A stretch of 64,000 nt of DNA from an uncultured Acidobacteriaceae bacterium. GTDB lineage: Bacteria; Acidobacteriota; Terriglobia; Terriglobales; Acidobacteriaceae. The first letter of the stretch is position 1, and every line of letters starts with the position of its first letter. The notes under the pieces are model-generated. The model saw nothing but the letters and a program-made list of their open reading frames with translations, searched no databases and was not told the origin of the DNA. The stretch spans positions 240,442 to 304,441 of the forward strand of contig CAVXQR010000016.1 of the NCBI GenBank assembly GCA_963763975.1, written 5' to 3'. A program made the translations under genes and the position numbers. Shown here in pieces: positions 34,089-45,150 of this stretch.

Positions 34089-34310
34089 ATGGGCAAACTG
34101 GCGAACGTATCGTGAAAGGAAGCCGCCAAAGCCTTTGAAAAGGCCAGCTGGCGAGCCATCGGACAAGTTGGAAGTCATCTTGTTTTGGTTAAGCCCGGCA
34201 TCCGCGTGAACCTTTCCGTTCCCCAACATAGAGAGCTCTCCGTGGGAACGCTGCGGGCGCTGATTCGCCTTTCCGGCATGTCCGTGGACGAGTTTCTCGA
34301 ACGACTCTAA
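34089..34310 (+). pseudogene. hicA: HicA-family toxin with in-frame TGA at codon 9 (34113-34115)
   Basis: ATG 34089 MGKLANVS-TGA-KEAAKAFEKASWRAIGQVGSHLVLVKPGIRVNLSVPQHRELSVGTLRALIRLSGMSVDEFLERL; HicA homologues have Gly at the TGA position. Confidence 0.55.
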
Positions 34311-34361
34311 TGGGGACCGGGCGCTGATTGCCCGCGCGTTCCCACGCGCTACAATATTCCG

Positions 34362-34961
34362 ATGGCGGATTCGCTCTATCTCAGCATCTGGTTTCCCAGC
34401 TTCCGCGAGGGCGAAATGCTGTCGCGAACGGCCGGCGTGCTGCGGCAGTTCCTGTACTCCAGCGTGCGCGAGGGCATCACCTACCTGTCGGTGCATCCGG
34501 TGGCGTGGACCGAGCCCACGGTGCTGGAACGCCGCTTCAATCCCGGCATCTCGCCGGAGGAAGCGGTGGACCTGGTGCGTGAATTTCAGCATGACGACTT
34601 CGCCTTCGTCTTCGAGGCCTTCTGGGACCTGTGGATGCCGAATGAAGACGAGCACGGCGAGCCCTGGACGGAGCGGCCGTCGGCGGTGAAGTTTCTGGTG
34701 CACGGGCTGCAATTCGACGAGGGCATCTACAGCGAAGACGGCCACATCGAGGTGGACTTCGGCCTGGACAGCGCCTTTCTGGCCGAGGGCCGCGAGCTCG
34801 CCCCCTTCACCGAGAAATACCTGCGCATCAATGTGGCCAAGCTGATCGCCTTCTCCACCGCCGTGGAGCGCTACTGCTCCATCAGCGGGCGCGTGCTGTG
34901 GTCGGAGAGCGACCAGAACCTGGCGCAAAAGCTGGTCGCCAAGCTGCAACAAACGCAGTGA
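34362..34961 (+). CDS. Hypothetical protein
   Basis: 199-aa ORF, coding-like GC3, no recognised motif. Confidence 0.4.
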   Translation: MADSLYLSIWFPSFREGEMLSRTAGVLRQFLYSSVREGITYLSVHPVAWTEPTVLERRFNPGISPEEAVDLVREFQHDDFAFVFEAFWDLWMPNEDEHGEPWTERPSAVKFLVHGLQFDEGIYSEDGHIEVDFGLDSAFLAEGRELAPFTEKYLRINVAKLIAFSTAVERYCSISGRVLWSESDQNLAQKLVAKLQQTQ

Positions 34962-35005
34962 GTTTGCTTACCATAACTATTTCCTGCTTCCGCCGGGATT
35001 CCGCT

Positions 35006-36580
35006 TCAATCCGCGGTGACTGCCAGCACCTGCGCGAGCCGCGTCGCGACATACGCAAACGCCGCCAGCCCTGCGCCCCACACCGCGAAGGCCACATTCA
35101 CCGCCCATCGCGGGGCCACGCCCACCCGCCGCAGCAGGAATGGCAGGAAATTCCACGTATCCATGTGCACATAGTCCCAGGGATCGTACTTCATGGAATC
35201 ATTGTCGAGGCCCCAGGCCTGCCGCTGGTTCAGCGCGAATGCCACGATATTCTTGAAGCGCAGCCACACGACGAAGGTCGGATGTCCGAGCGTGTCCTCC
35301 TGGTAAATTTCCAGCGGCAGCCAGAATGCCAACGACGCAAGTTGAACCGCCGTGCTGGCGATGATCAGCGCAACCCCGAGACTCCAGACAACTTTGCTTA
35401 GGTTGGCTCGCAGTTCCAGCAGCAGCGGCACTGAGATGAAAGCGACCATCTCCGCGGCGGTGGAGACGTAGCGGTCGCCCCAGGCGAAATCGCCGCTCCA
35501 CACGGTGTAGCGCGCGTAGAAGCCGATGTAGAGGAAGAGCAGGATCGCCGCCGCGAGCACGTAGGCGCGCACTTCCGGACGGAAGCGCTCCCACGCCAAC
35601 AGCACCAACACGATGGTCAGCAGCAGCAGCGGGTCGAAGAGGAAGATGGATTTCTCCGGCTTGAACAGCGCGCCGAAGAAGCCAACGTGGAACGGAATCT
35701 CCCAGGGATAGTTCGCCGGCAGCGACGGATTCAGCATGCGCTGCTCGTGCGCGAAGACGCTGACGTAGGTGTTGGTCCACGATCCGAAGCGGTAATACTG
35801 GTAGAGCCGATCCACGAACAGGAAGAAAAGATAGATGGGAGCGGCAGTCTTGGCGTACGCGAGCAGGTCGCTCCAGAACGCGCGGCCACGCTCGCGCCGC
35901 GCCCACAAGCACAGCAGCAGAAAAATTCCGCCGGCGATGAGATCGAGACCGGTGGTCAAGCGAGTGAGCAGGTTCAATCCGAAGGCCGCAGATCCAATCG
36001 CTAGCGCCCGCCTGCTGCCGGTTTCCAGCCACTCGTACTGAAACGACAAGCCGGTCAGCGTCAGCAGCAGGATGTAGTTGTTCTCCATCATGTTCTGCGT
36101 GTAGTGCAGATGCGTGGTGCAGAACAGCAGCGCCAGCACACCGGCGACGGAGTGGTTGGGACTGAATTTCAGTTGCCGCAGAAAACGGAAACACACCAGC
36201 GCGGTGAGCACATTCACCAGGATGTTGGTGCTGTAGCTGACAAAGATGGAGCGCACCGTGGGATCGGTGTCGTTGTAGTTGGCGAACAGCGGCAGCTTCG
36301 CCAGCGCGCTGCCGACGAGGTCGGCGGGAAACATCAGCAGCGACTGCCCCATGCCGTACCAGCTATAAATCCTGCCTCCCCTGCCGTGAATGCCGAACTC
36401 GGGATACTCGTAGGGAAAGACCTGGGGCTCGGAGGTCCAGAAGGAATGCGTGGTTTGCAGGCGATGCGTGGTGTCGGCGGTGCCGAGCTCGCCCGACTGG
36501 ATGACGAAGGCGCTGAGCGCCGCCACCAGCAGCAGAAGCGGAAGGGGACGCCGATACCACGGGCGGGGAGCGGAAAGCAT
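35006..36580 (-). CDS. Polytopic integral membrane protein, possibly a glycosyltransferase of the PMT/ArnT-like membrane GT fold
   Basis: 524 aa, >10 predicted TM helices, N-terminal signal/TM; assignment by topology only. Confidence 0.45.
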   Translation of the reverse strand: MLSAPRPWYRRPLPLLLLVAALSAFVIQSGELGTADTTHRLQTTHSFWTSEPQVFPYEYPEFGIHGRGGRIYSWYGMGQSLLMFPADLVGSALAKLPLFANYNDTDPTVRSIFVSYSTNILVNVLTALVCFRFLRQLKFSPNHSVAGVLALLFCTTHLHYTQNMMENNYILLLTLTGLSFQYEWLETGSRRALAIGSAAFGLNLLTRLTTGLDLIAGGIFLLLCLWARRERGRAFWSDLLAYAKTAAPIYLFFLFVDRLYQYYRFGSWTNTYVSVFAHEQRMLNPSLPANYPWEIPFHVGFFGALFKPEKSIFLFDPLLLLTIVLVLLAWERFRPEVRAYVLAAAILLFLYIGFYARYTVWSGDFAWGDRYVSTAAEMVAFISVPLLLELRANLSKVVWSLGVALIIASTAVQLASLAFWLPLEIYQEDTLGHPTFVVWLRFKNIVAFALNQRQAWGLDNDSMKYDPWDYVHMDTWNFLPFLLRRVGVAPRWAVNVAFAVWGAGLAAFAYVATRLAQVLAVTAD

Positions 36581-36852
36581 GTCGAGACAATACTAGACGA
36601 AGCATTGGATCGGCGCGCGATTCGAGGTAGAGCTGGCCTGCAGGCCAGCCGTCCGAAGGTCGTTTGATCTCTGATCTCCGGCGGCAGATCGCGCGCCAGT
36701 CGCGGCTTTCTCCCTCAAGCGCGCCCCGCGTGGGCAGGCAAGTGTCGCGTGCCAACGCTCGCCAAGTCGGTTTTGCGCGCGCAGGCGCGTCATTCAGCCA
36801 TGGACGCACGAATCTGGTCGCGTCGGAAAAAATTTCAGCCCCTCCGGGGACG

Positions 36853-36922
36853 CAGGGCTAAAAGACCTCTTTTTATCGAATGCGGCGTAGTCGGCACGAC
36901 CGGAGGTCGTGCCCTTACTCAT
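36853..36922. repeat. REP-like element family C (cagggctaaaag...cggcacgacc-loop-ggtcgtgcccttactcat), downstream of ppdK
   Basis: Related copies at 39958-40025 and 45023-45089; simpler GGCACG...CGTGCC hairpins at 5779-5812, 8255-8280, 39897-39925. Confidence 0.65.
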
Positions 36923-37054
36923 ACTCCGGCTGAACCCCGGCTCAGGATCAATTACAAGGGACGTCTGACGGCACAGCCGAAGCTGTGCCCTTTCAAACCC
37001 AGCAAGAAAGCCCCGGCCATGGACCGGGGCTTCTGATTGCATCATTCGCTAAAG

Positions 37055-39790
37055 CTACTTGGTCCTGCCGCCTTCCACCTTCAGCTCGGCGCTGGCGCCC
37101 GCCTGCGCCGCCGCCAACCGCGCGGTCAGCACGCGGTAGGGCGAGCAGGACACGTAGTTAAGCCCAGCATGGCGCAGAATTCCACCGACGACGGGTCGCC
37201 GCCATGCTCGCCGCAGATGCCGATCTTGATGTTGGGCCGCGTCTTGCGGCCCTTCTCCACGGCCAGCTTCACCAGTTGGCCCACGCCCTCGCGATCGAGC
37301 ACGGCGAACGGGTCCTGCTTCAGAATGCCTTCGGCGAGATAGGCCGTCAGAATCTTGCCGCAGTCGTCGCGCGAGAAGCCGAAGGTGGTCTGCGTCAGGT
37401 CGTTGGTGCCGAAGCTGAAGAACTCGGCTTCCTTGGCGATCTCGTCTGCCGCCAGCGCGGCGCCGGCAACTCGATCATCGTGCCCACCAGATATTCGACT
37501 TTCTGCTCCTTCTTGGCGAATACTTCTTCGGCGACGCGGCGAACGATGGCAGCCTGATTGGCCATCTCCTTCACTCCGCTAGTCAGCGGGATCATCACCT
37601 CAGGCTTTACCTTCATGCCTTCCTTGCAACCTCGACGGCCGCTTCGAAGATGGCGCGCGCCTGCATCTCGGTGATCTCCGGATACGTGATGCCCAAGCGG
37701 CAGCCGCGCAGTCCGAGCATGGGGTTGAATTCATGCAATCCTCCACACGATTCAGCAGCGTGCGCAGCTCTTTCAGCTTCGGCGACTTTCTTCTTCGTGA
37801 TTTCCAGCTTGGCGATTTCCACCATCAGCTCTTCGCGCCGCGGCAGGAATTCGTGCAGCGGCGGGTCGAGCGTGCGGATGGTGACCGGCAAACCGTCCAT
37901 GGCGTTGAACAGGCCGAAAAAATCGTTGCGCTGCATGGGCAGCAGCTTGCGCAGCGCGGTGCGGCGGTCCTTCTCGTTGTTGGCCAGGATCATGGTGCGC
38001 ACGTGCGGCAGGCGGTCCTTGGCGAAGAACATGTGCTCGGTGCGGCACAGCCCGATGCCTTCGGCGCCGAACGCGCGCGCCTGCAAGCGCATCGCGCGGG
38101 ATGTCGGCATTGGCGCGAACGCCCATGTGGCGGAACGGCTCGGCCCAGCCCATGATCTTCGACAGCTCAGGATCGTCGGGCGAGGCCGCACGGTTTTCGG
38201 CCTTGCCTTCGATGACGCGGCCGGTGGTGCCGTCGAGCGAAATCCAGTCGCCTTCCTTCAGCGTCTTGCCGGCAGCGCGAATTTCGCGCGCTTTCTCGTC
38301 CACTTCAATGTCGCCGGCGCCGGCAACGCAGCACTTGCCCATGCCGCGCGTGACCACCGCCGCGTGGCTGGTCATGCCGCCGCGCGAGGTCAGAATGCCG
38401 GACGCCACTTCCATTCCGGCGATGTCCTCGGGCGTGGTTTCGCCGCGCACCAGGATCAGGCTGGCCGTTTTGTCCTTCGCAAACTTCTCCACCGCTTCTT
38501 CCGCGGTGAAAACGATCCGTCCCACGGCCGCGCCCGGCGAGGCAGGCAGGCCGGTGGCCAGAACTTCGATGTTCACGCCCTTCTCGTCGAGGCGCGGCAC
38601 CAGGAAGTCGTAAAGCTGATTGGGCTCGACGCGGAAGATGGCCTCTTCCTTGGTGATCAGGCCTTCTTCCACCATCTGGATGGCGACCCGCACGGCGGCG
38701 CGACCGGTGCGCTTGCCGTTGCGCGTTTGCAGCATGTAGAGGCGGCCGTCCTGAATGGTGAACTCGAAGTCCTGCATGTCGCGATAATGCTTTTCCAGCC
38801 GCGTGGTGATTTCGCGAAGCTGGTTGTACACATCGGGCTGGATCTTCTCGAGCTCGGAGATGTGTACCGGCGTGCGGATGCCGGCGACCACGTCTTCGCC
38901 CTGCGCGTTCATCAGGAACTCGCCATAGAACTCTTTCGCGCCGGTAGCGGGATTGCGAGTAAAGCCCACGCCGGTGCCGCTGGTCTCGCCCAGATTGCCG
39001 AAGACCATGGCCTGCACGTTGACCGCGGTGCCCAGCATGTCGTCAATGTTGTTGATGCGGCGATAGGTCTTGGCGCGATCGTTCAGCCAGGAGCGGAACA
39101 CGGCATCGCGCGCCATCACCAGTTGCTCGTGCGGGTCCTGCGGGAAGTCGCGCTTGGCGTGCTTCTTGATCACCTTCTTGTATTCGGCAATCACTTCCTG
39201 CAGCGCCTTGGCGTCAAGATCGGTGTCCAGCTTGGCTTTGCGCTGTTTCTTCTTGCCGTCGAAAACTTCCTCGAACGCGCTCTTGGGGATTTCCAGCACC
39301 ACGCTGCCGAACATCTGGATAAGCCGGCGGTAGGAATCATAGGCGAAGCGCGGGTTGCCGGATGCGCTTGGCCAGGCCTTCCACCGACTGATCGTTCAGG
39401 CCGAGGTTGAGGATGGTGTCCATCATGCCGGGCATGGAAAACTTGGCGCCCGAGCGCACGCTGACCAGCATCGGATTATCGGCGCCGCCGAGTTTCTGCC
39501 CCTGCAATTGCTCCAGGTGCTTGAGGGCTTCGTCCATCTGGCGGTTCACTTCCGCCGAGACGCCGCCGGGTGCGCATGTATTCGCGGCAGGCTTCGGTCT
39601 GGATGGTGAAGCCCGGAGGCACGGGAAGCCCGGCGTTGGTCATCTCGGCCAGGCCGGCGCCTTTGCCGCCCAGATCGTCCTTCATCTTGCCGTGACCTTC
39701 GGCGTGTCCGTCGCCAAAGAAGTAAACGTACTTGGTGGCTTTGCCTGCGGGGGCCGCAGTGCGTTCCAACTCGGCTGTGCTAGTGGTCAT
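37055..39790 (-). CDS. ppdK: Pyruvate phosphate dikinase, fragmented into at least 6 frames by homopolymer indels (~39569, ~39361, ~38080, ~37616, ~37460, ~37160)
   Basis: Pieces: [10 protein letters not shown]...[23 protein letters not shown] (N-term), [53 protein letters not shown], 400-aa central ATP-grasp/His domain, [21 protein letters not shown]-utilising domain, C-terminus ...[21 protein letters not shown]...[22 protein letters not shown]; junctions at C/G or A/T runs. Confidence 0.8.
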
Positions 39791-40087
39791 GATAAGTCCT
39801 TTACATGTTGCGGGTCATGATTGCGGTTACAAATCGTGTTCACCACGGAGGCACGGAGAACACGGAGAAATTGTTGAAAGCCTTGGGTCAGGGCACGACT
39901 TCAGTGGTGCCGATAGCGATTCGCCTTTTGCTGGGCTTCAGCCCCTGCAAACCGGGCGCAGGGGCTGAAGCCCGATTTCTATCAAAGAGCTGTTACGGCA
40001 CGTCTAAAGACGTGCCCTGACACAGAACAAATCTTTTGATGCTCCGTGCCTCTGTGTCTCTGTGGTGAGAATGCTTTTCCTTCAAAC

Positions 40088-42235
40088 TTATTTTCCTTCG
40101 GTCACGATCTCGCTGAAATCGGCGATGGTGGAAAATTCGTTCAACAGATCGCGCAACAGCGCCAGGCGATTGGAGCGCACGCGTTCGTCGTCCACCATCA
40201 CCATCACTTTGTCGAAGAACAGGTCCACCGGCTGGCGCAACCGGCTGATTTCGACCAGCGCCGCGGCGTAGTTCCCTGCCGCGCGGAAATCACGCACCCG
40301 CCCGGCGATCACCGGGATTTCCGCCGCTAGTTTCTTCTCCGGCTCTTCTGTCAGAGCGGCGGCGTCCAGATGCTCGGCCACGTTCTTCTTCGTTTCCGCC
40401 GCCTGGCGCAGGATGTTCTTGGTCCGCTTGAACGCCACCGCGATGGACGCGAAATCCTCCGAGCCACGCACTTCGCTCACGGCTTCGGCGCGCGCGATAG
40501 CATCCACCACATCGTCGCTGCCGGCGGCCAGCACCGCGTTCACTACGTCATAGGCAAAGCCGCGTGCGTCGCGCAGATAAAACTCCAGGCGCTCGCGCAT
40601 GAAGTTCGCGACTGCCTCGTCGAAATTGATCTTGCGATTGAAGCGCCGCTCCGCTTCCGAGCCGTTGTACTCGGCGCGCGCATCGGCGAACAGCTTCGAG
40701 ATGGGCAGCGGCAGCTTATGCTCGGCGATGATCTTCACAATGCCGTTGGCGGCGCGGCGCAGCGCGAAGGGATCCTTCGAGCCCGTCGGCTGCAGGCCCA
40801 GCGCGAACATGCCGGCAATGCTGTCGGCCTTGTCGGCAATGGCCAGCACGCCGCCTTCGATTGAGCGCGGCACGCTGTCGTCCATGGACTCGGGCTTGTA
40901 ATGATCGTAGATGGCGTCGGCGATGGCCTCGTGGTTCGCCTCCGGCATGATCGGGTCCAGCTCCTGCACCCGCGCGTACAGGCCGCCGACGATGCCCTGC
41001 AGTTCGGTGAACTCCTTCACCAGCTCGGTGGTCAGGTCGGTCTTCGACAGCAGGCCGGCCTTGAAAACGATGCCCGGCCGCACCGTGCCGCCGGCGCTGC
41101 GAATGGTTTCGGCGAGCAGGCTGCCCAGCCTTTGCACGCGGATGGTTTTGTCAAAGTAGCTTCCAAGATCCTTCTGGAAGGTCACCGACTTCAGCATGTC
41201 CACGCGCGAGCGCAGCGGAATTTTCTGGTCGGTCTGCCAGAAGAAGCGCGCATCGTTGAAGCGGGCGCGCAGCACGCGCTCGTTGCCGTGGCGGATGAGG
41301 CCTTCGGGATCGCCCGAAGTGTTCAGCACCGCCAGGAAGTGCGGCAGCAGTTTGCCGCCGCCATCTTCCAGAGCGAAATATTTCTGATGGTCGCGCATCA
41401 CCGTGACCAGCACTTCGTCGGCGAGCGAAAGAAATTCGGCATCGAAGCTGCCCAGCACTACCGAGGGCATTTCGGTGAGGTTGATCACGGTATCGAGCAG
41501 CGGCTTGTCGTCGCGCCAACGTGCGCCGGGGATGGTGCGGGCCGCGGCATCGAGCGCCTTGCGGATGCGCTGCTCGCGCTCTGCCGCGCTGGCCACCACC
41601 GAGCCCTTCGCCAGTGTCGCCGTGTAATCGGCAGGACGGCGGATTTCCAGCGCGCCCGACGAGAGAATGCGATGTCCCTGGGTGGTGTGACCGGCGCGAA
41701 TGCCGGCGAATTCCACGTCCACCACGCGGTCGTCGAGCAGCGAGACCATCCAGCGCACCGGGCGCACGAAGCGCTCGGCGGACTTACCGCGCCAGTACAT
41801 GTTCTTCGCCCAGTAGATGCCGGCGATTTCCTTGGGCAGCGCTTCGGCCAGAATCTCCGACGCCGGGCGTCCCTTCTTCTCCACCGTGGCCGCCAGATAT
41901 TCGCCTTTGGGCGTAGTCACCTTTTCCAGCGACGCAACCGGCACGTTCACTTTGCGAGCGAAAGCTTCGGCTGCCGGAGTCGGCGCTCCATCTTTGTAGG
42001 CGACCTTGAGCGACGGGCCGGTCACCTGCTCGCGAACGTCGGGCTGCGCGTTGCTGACGCCGCTGGCCACCACAGCCAAGCGCCGCGGTGTCGAGAACGA
42101 CTCCAGCGTGGGAGCGTCGGACAGGCGCTCGCGCTGCAGAAGTTCGCCAATGCGGCGCGCCAGTTCGTCGCGCGCGCTGTCAATCATACGGGCGGGAATT
42201 TCTTCGGTACCGATTTCGAGTAGGAAGTCAGGCAT
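40088..42235 (-). CDS. glyS: Glycine--tRNA ligase beta subunit
   Basis: 715 aa, MPDFLLEIGTEEIPARMI N-terminus and conserved GlyS domains. Confidence 0.95.
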   Translation of the reverse strand: MPDFLLEIGTEEIPARMIDSARDELARRIGELLQRERLSDAPTLESFSTPRRLAVVASGVSNAQPDVREQVTGPSLKVAYKDGAPTPAAEAFARKVNVPVASLEKVTTPKGEYLAATVEKKGRPASEILAEALPKEIAGIYWAKNMYWRGKSAERFVRPVRWMVSLLDDRVVDVEFAGIRAGHTTQGHRILSSGALEIRRPADYTATLAKGSVVASAAEREQRIRKALDAAARTIPGARWRDDKPLLDTVINLTEMPSVVLGSFDAEFLSLADEVLVTVMRDHQKYFALEDGGGKLLPHFLAVLNTSGDPEGLIRHGNERVLRARFNDARFFWQTDQKIPLRSRVDMLKSVTFQKDLGSYFDKTIRVQRLGSLLAETIRSAGGTVRPGIVFKAGLLSKTDLTTELVKEFTELQGIVGGLYARVQELDPIMPEANHEAIADAIYDHYKPESMDDSVPRSIEGGVLAIADKADSIAGMFALGLQPTGSKDPFALRRAANGIVKIIAEHKLPLPISKLFADARAEYNGSEAERRFNRKINFDEAVANFMRERLEFYLRDARGFAYDVVNAVLAAGSDDVVDAIARAEAVSEVRGSEDFASIAVAFKRTKNILRQAAETKKNVAEHLDAAALTEEPEKKLAAEIPVIAGRVRDFRAAGNYAAALVEISRLRQPVDLFFDKVMVMVDDERVRSNRLALLRDLLNEFSTIADFSEIVTEGK

Positions 42236-42236
42236 A

Positions 42237-42307
42237 AAGAGCTATTAGCAATTAGCTGTTAGCTATTAGCAAGCAAGCTGCCAGCCGTCAGCTATCAGCT
42301 ATCAAAC
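42237..42307. repeat. 7-nt array (AGCTATT/CAGCTAT) in the glyQ-glyS intercistronic spacer; an inverted family-B partial copy follows at 42372-42420
   Basis: agctatt agcaatt agctgtt agctatt agcaagc aagctgc cagccgt cagctat cagctat. Confidence 0.7.
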
Positions 42308-42438
42308 ACTATTGCGCAACCTTCATTTTCAACGACGGACAGAAGCAGCGATGTGATTCGAGTCACAGTCACTTCGAACATCCGACTTGGGTGCCCCGTT
42401 CTGGCCCGCCTTTGGCCAGGGCGGGGCTTTCGTTCTGT

Positions 42439-43515
42439 CTATGCTTTGCTGGCTGCCAACTGCTCGGCTTTGGGCTCGGGCTGTTTCGGCGTCGAACTCT
42501 CCGCCTGCGCCTTCTGCTGGTCCACGTACGCCTTGGCAACGCCGACGGCCAGCGCACGAATACGTGCGATCACGCCGACGCGCTCGGTCACGCTGATGGC
42601 GCCGCGCGCGTCCAGAATGTTGAACAGGTGCGAGCACTTCAGGCATAGGTCGAAAGCGCCCAGCACCGGAAAGCGGCGGATCGCCGCGAGACGCTCTTCG
42701 CTATTCGCCATTCGCTGTTCGCCAGAGGATCGCTCTTCGCCGTTCGCTGTTCGCTTTTCGCCAGAATCCGTCGAAGGCGCAGGCGACGCCAGCGCGCGAT
42801 ATTCCTCCAGCAGCGCCTGGCATTCTGCTTCATAGAGCTCCAAATGTTTCCAGGCCTTGGCCACGTCGGCCATCTCGAAGTTGTACACCGAGAATTGCAG
42901 CTCATCCTGCAAGCGAATCTCGCCGTACTTCACCGCACGGCCGTCGGGGCCGACCACCCAGGTGATGTCGTAGATCGAGTCCACATCCTGCAAAAATGCG
43001 GCGATGCGCTCCAGCCCATAGGTCAGCTCAGCCGAAATCGGATCGAGATCAATGCCGCCGCACTGCTGGAAGTAGGTGAACTGCGTGATCTCCAGGCCGT
43101 CGAGCATCACCTGCCAGCCGATGCCCCACGCGCCCAGCGTCGGCGATTCCCAGTTGTCTTCCTCGAACTTGATGTCATGCTGGCGCAGGTCAATGCCGAT
43201 GGCGGCCAGCGATTGCAGGTACAGTTCCTGCACATTCTCCGGCGGCGGTTTCAGGATGACCTGGTACTGCATGTGTTTGAACAGCCGGTTAGGATTCTCG
43301 CCATAGCGGCCGTCGGCCGGACGCCGCGAAGGCTGCACGTAGCCCACGCGATAGGGCCGCGGGCCCAGCACGCGCAGGAAAGTTTCCGGCGCCATGGTTC
43401 CGGCGCCCACTTCGACATCGTACGGCTGTTGCAGGACGCAGCCATTCTCAGCCCAGAAAGTTTGCAGGCGAAGCACCAACTGCTGGAAGGTCAACGGATT
43501 TTGCGAGGATGGCAA
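42439..43515 (-). CDS. glyQ: Glycine--tRNA ligase alpha subunit with 26-aa in-frame low-complexity insertion
   Basis: [33 protein letters not shown]...; insertion [25 protein letters not shown] encoded by 7-mer repeats at 42692-42769. Confidence 0.9.
   Translation of the reverse strand: MPSSQNPLTFQQLVLRLQTFWAENGCVLQQPYDVEVGAGTMAPETFLRVLGPRPYRVGYVQPSRRPADGRYGENPNRLFKHMQYQVILKPPPENVQELYLQSLAAIGIDLRQHDIKFEEDNWESPTLGAWGIGWQVMLDGLEITQFTYFQQCGGIDLDPISAELTYGLERIAAFLQDVDSIYDITWVVGPDGRAVKYGEIRLQDELQFSVYNFEMADVAKAWKHLELYEAECQALLEEYRALASPAPSTDSGEKRTANGEERSSGEQRMANSEERLAAIRRFPVLGAFDLCLKCSHLFNILDARGAISVTERVGVIARIRALAVGVAKAYVDQQKAQAESSTPKQPEPKAEQLAASKA
42692..42769. repeat. Duplicated 39-nt block of 7-nt repeats (NNTTCGC x4 plus linker, twice) inside the glyQ coding sequence
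   Basis: cgctcttcgctattcgccattcgctgttcgccagagga / tcgctcttcgccgttcgctgttcgcttttcgccagaatcc; shares 20 nt with the intergenic array at 32955. Confidence 0.75.
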
Positions 43516-43926
43516 GTGAGTCGTCCCTTGTTAAGGTACAGTCCGATTCAGGGTTTTGCGGATTCACGTTTGTCTTTTCATCTGCCGTCTGTATATGTCG
43601 TGCATTTAATGCAGCCAGTGCCAGCCGCGCTTGAGGTACGCCTCCGCATCATCTTCGGACTGGAAAGAGTCATATCCAACATGACAGATCATCGCATCCT
43701 CGATGCAAGCGACCTCCGCATCGCGGACCACGACACAGTCTCTTACGCTGGCTCTATGAACGCTCTCGATAAATGTGGCCACTGCCCAAATTACGAATCC
43801 ACCTGGCAACGACCATAATCCGCAAATCGCGAACCGTTCAGTGCGATGGCAAGCCCTCCTTCACCGTGCGGGACGACAGATTCATATCGGCAGCATGAAG
43901 TCCGGCCAATCTAGGCAGTCAGTCGC

Positions 43927-44664
43927 TTACAGCCGTGCGAGCATGGCCGCGGTGGTCAGCTTCTTATCAATGTGGCGCTCCAGGATTTGCACCAGGTAGC
44001 GCCGCAAGTCTGCGCCGTCTTTGGCCGACCACGGCTCAGCGGCAAAATCGTCCACCGGCGCACGAAACATCTGCATCGCCCGCAGCCGCGATTCCGCCGA
44101 CAGCTCCGACGACGCCAGCCGCTTGTGCTGCGCGCACATCAGCCCATCGGCCAGCGCGTGATAAAACGTCCGGCTGCCATTCAGCGTGCCGCCGCACGCG
44201 GCGCACTCGGTCAGCTCCGGCAGAAATCCCGTCAGCCGCACCAGCCAAAGCTGGAAGTACGTCAGCGGCATCCAGATGGAACCCGAACGCAACTGATGCA
44301 GCACCGATACGGCCAGCCGGAAGATGGCGTCGTTGGCCTCGCGGTCGGGCAGCAGCTCGTCCAGCGATTCGGCCATGTGCTCCAGCGCCACTACCCGCGG
44401 ATAATCCACCGTGTCCGACAGCGGTGACTCCAGGATGTCGCAGGAATCCAGCCGCGCCAGTTCCTGGCCTTCGCGATCTTCGTAATAGGCGCGCACCCAG
44501 GTCATGGGCTCCAGCGCGCCGCCGAAGCGCCGCTTGGACTTCTTGGCCGACCGCGCCACGCCCTTGACCTTGCCTTCCGCCCGGGTAAACAGCGTGACCA
44601 GTGCGTCGGCTTCGCGCAACGGATACGTCCGCAAAACGATCGCTTCCGACTGCTTCAGTGACAT
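43927..44664 (-). CDS. recO: DNA repair protein RecO
   Basis: MSLKQSEAIVLRTYPLREADALVTLFTRAEGKVKGVARSAKKSKRRFGGALEP OB-fold N-terminus; C-terminal Cys zinc motif (CAACGG). Confidence 0.85.
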   Translation of the reverse strand: MSLKQSEAIVLRTYPLREADALVTLFTRAEGKVKGVARSAKKSKRRFGGALEPMTWVRAYYEDREGQELARLDSCDILESPLSDTVDYPRVVALEHMAESLDELLPDREANDAIFRLAVSVLHQLRSGSIWMPLTYFQLWLVRLTGFLPELTECAACGGTLNGSRTFYHALADGLMCAQHKRLASSELSAESRLRAMQMFRAPVDDFAAEPWSAKDGADLRRYLVQILERHIDKKLTTAAMLARL

Positions 44665-45150
44665 GGATTTCTACCGGCCACGCAGGTACATGCCGGAACT
44701 GCGCATCGGAGGCCGCGTCAGGGTATGCCAAATTGTGGAAGCTTGGCCGCACACTACCGCGAACTTTGATTTTACTGGCTGGGATTGCGATGTGCAAAGC
44801 CGAAGAAACCTTGCGATCCTCGAGTTCCGATATGAGCTTAAGTGCGGCCAAAACATGAGTACGGGCGCGACCTCTGGTCGTGCCGGCCATGGCCTTCTTC
44901 TACCATCGGGGCTTCAGCCCCAGTGCCTTGCGCCTGCGCAACTAAGTGAACTGTGTTGGAAGCTTCTGGACAGCGATTTTGCAGCCTCGCAGTGAAGGTC
45001 CGCTTCAGCCCCTTTCCGGGGCTCAGGGGCTAAAGCCGATTTATCTAATTAATCGGAATCGGCACGACCAAGGTCGTGCCCTTACTCATTATTTCGCCCG
45101 CCAGAATCTGTCCAATATCCAGCGCCCTAAGAAAAAAGCGCGGAAGCCCG

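Noticed and set aside
34113-34115. hicA TGA read as selenocysteine or programmed read-through
   Set aside because: There is no SECIS-like context or selenoprotein logic for a toxin. Homologues have Gly here, so a nonsense change or base error is the simpler explanation.
43606-43809. 67-aa ORF between recO and glyQ
   Set aside because: It has no motif and uncertain coding signal. It may be the glyQ 5' leader. It is listed as a finding-level uncertainty only.
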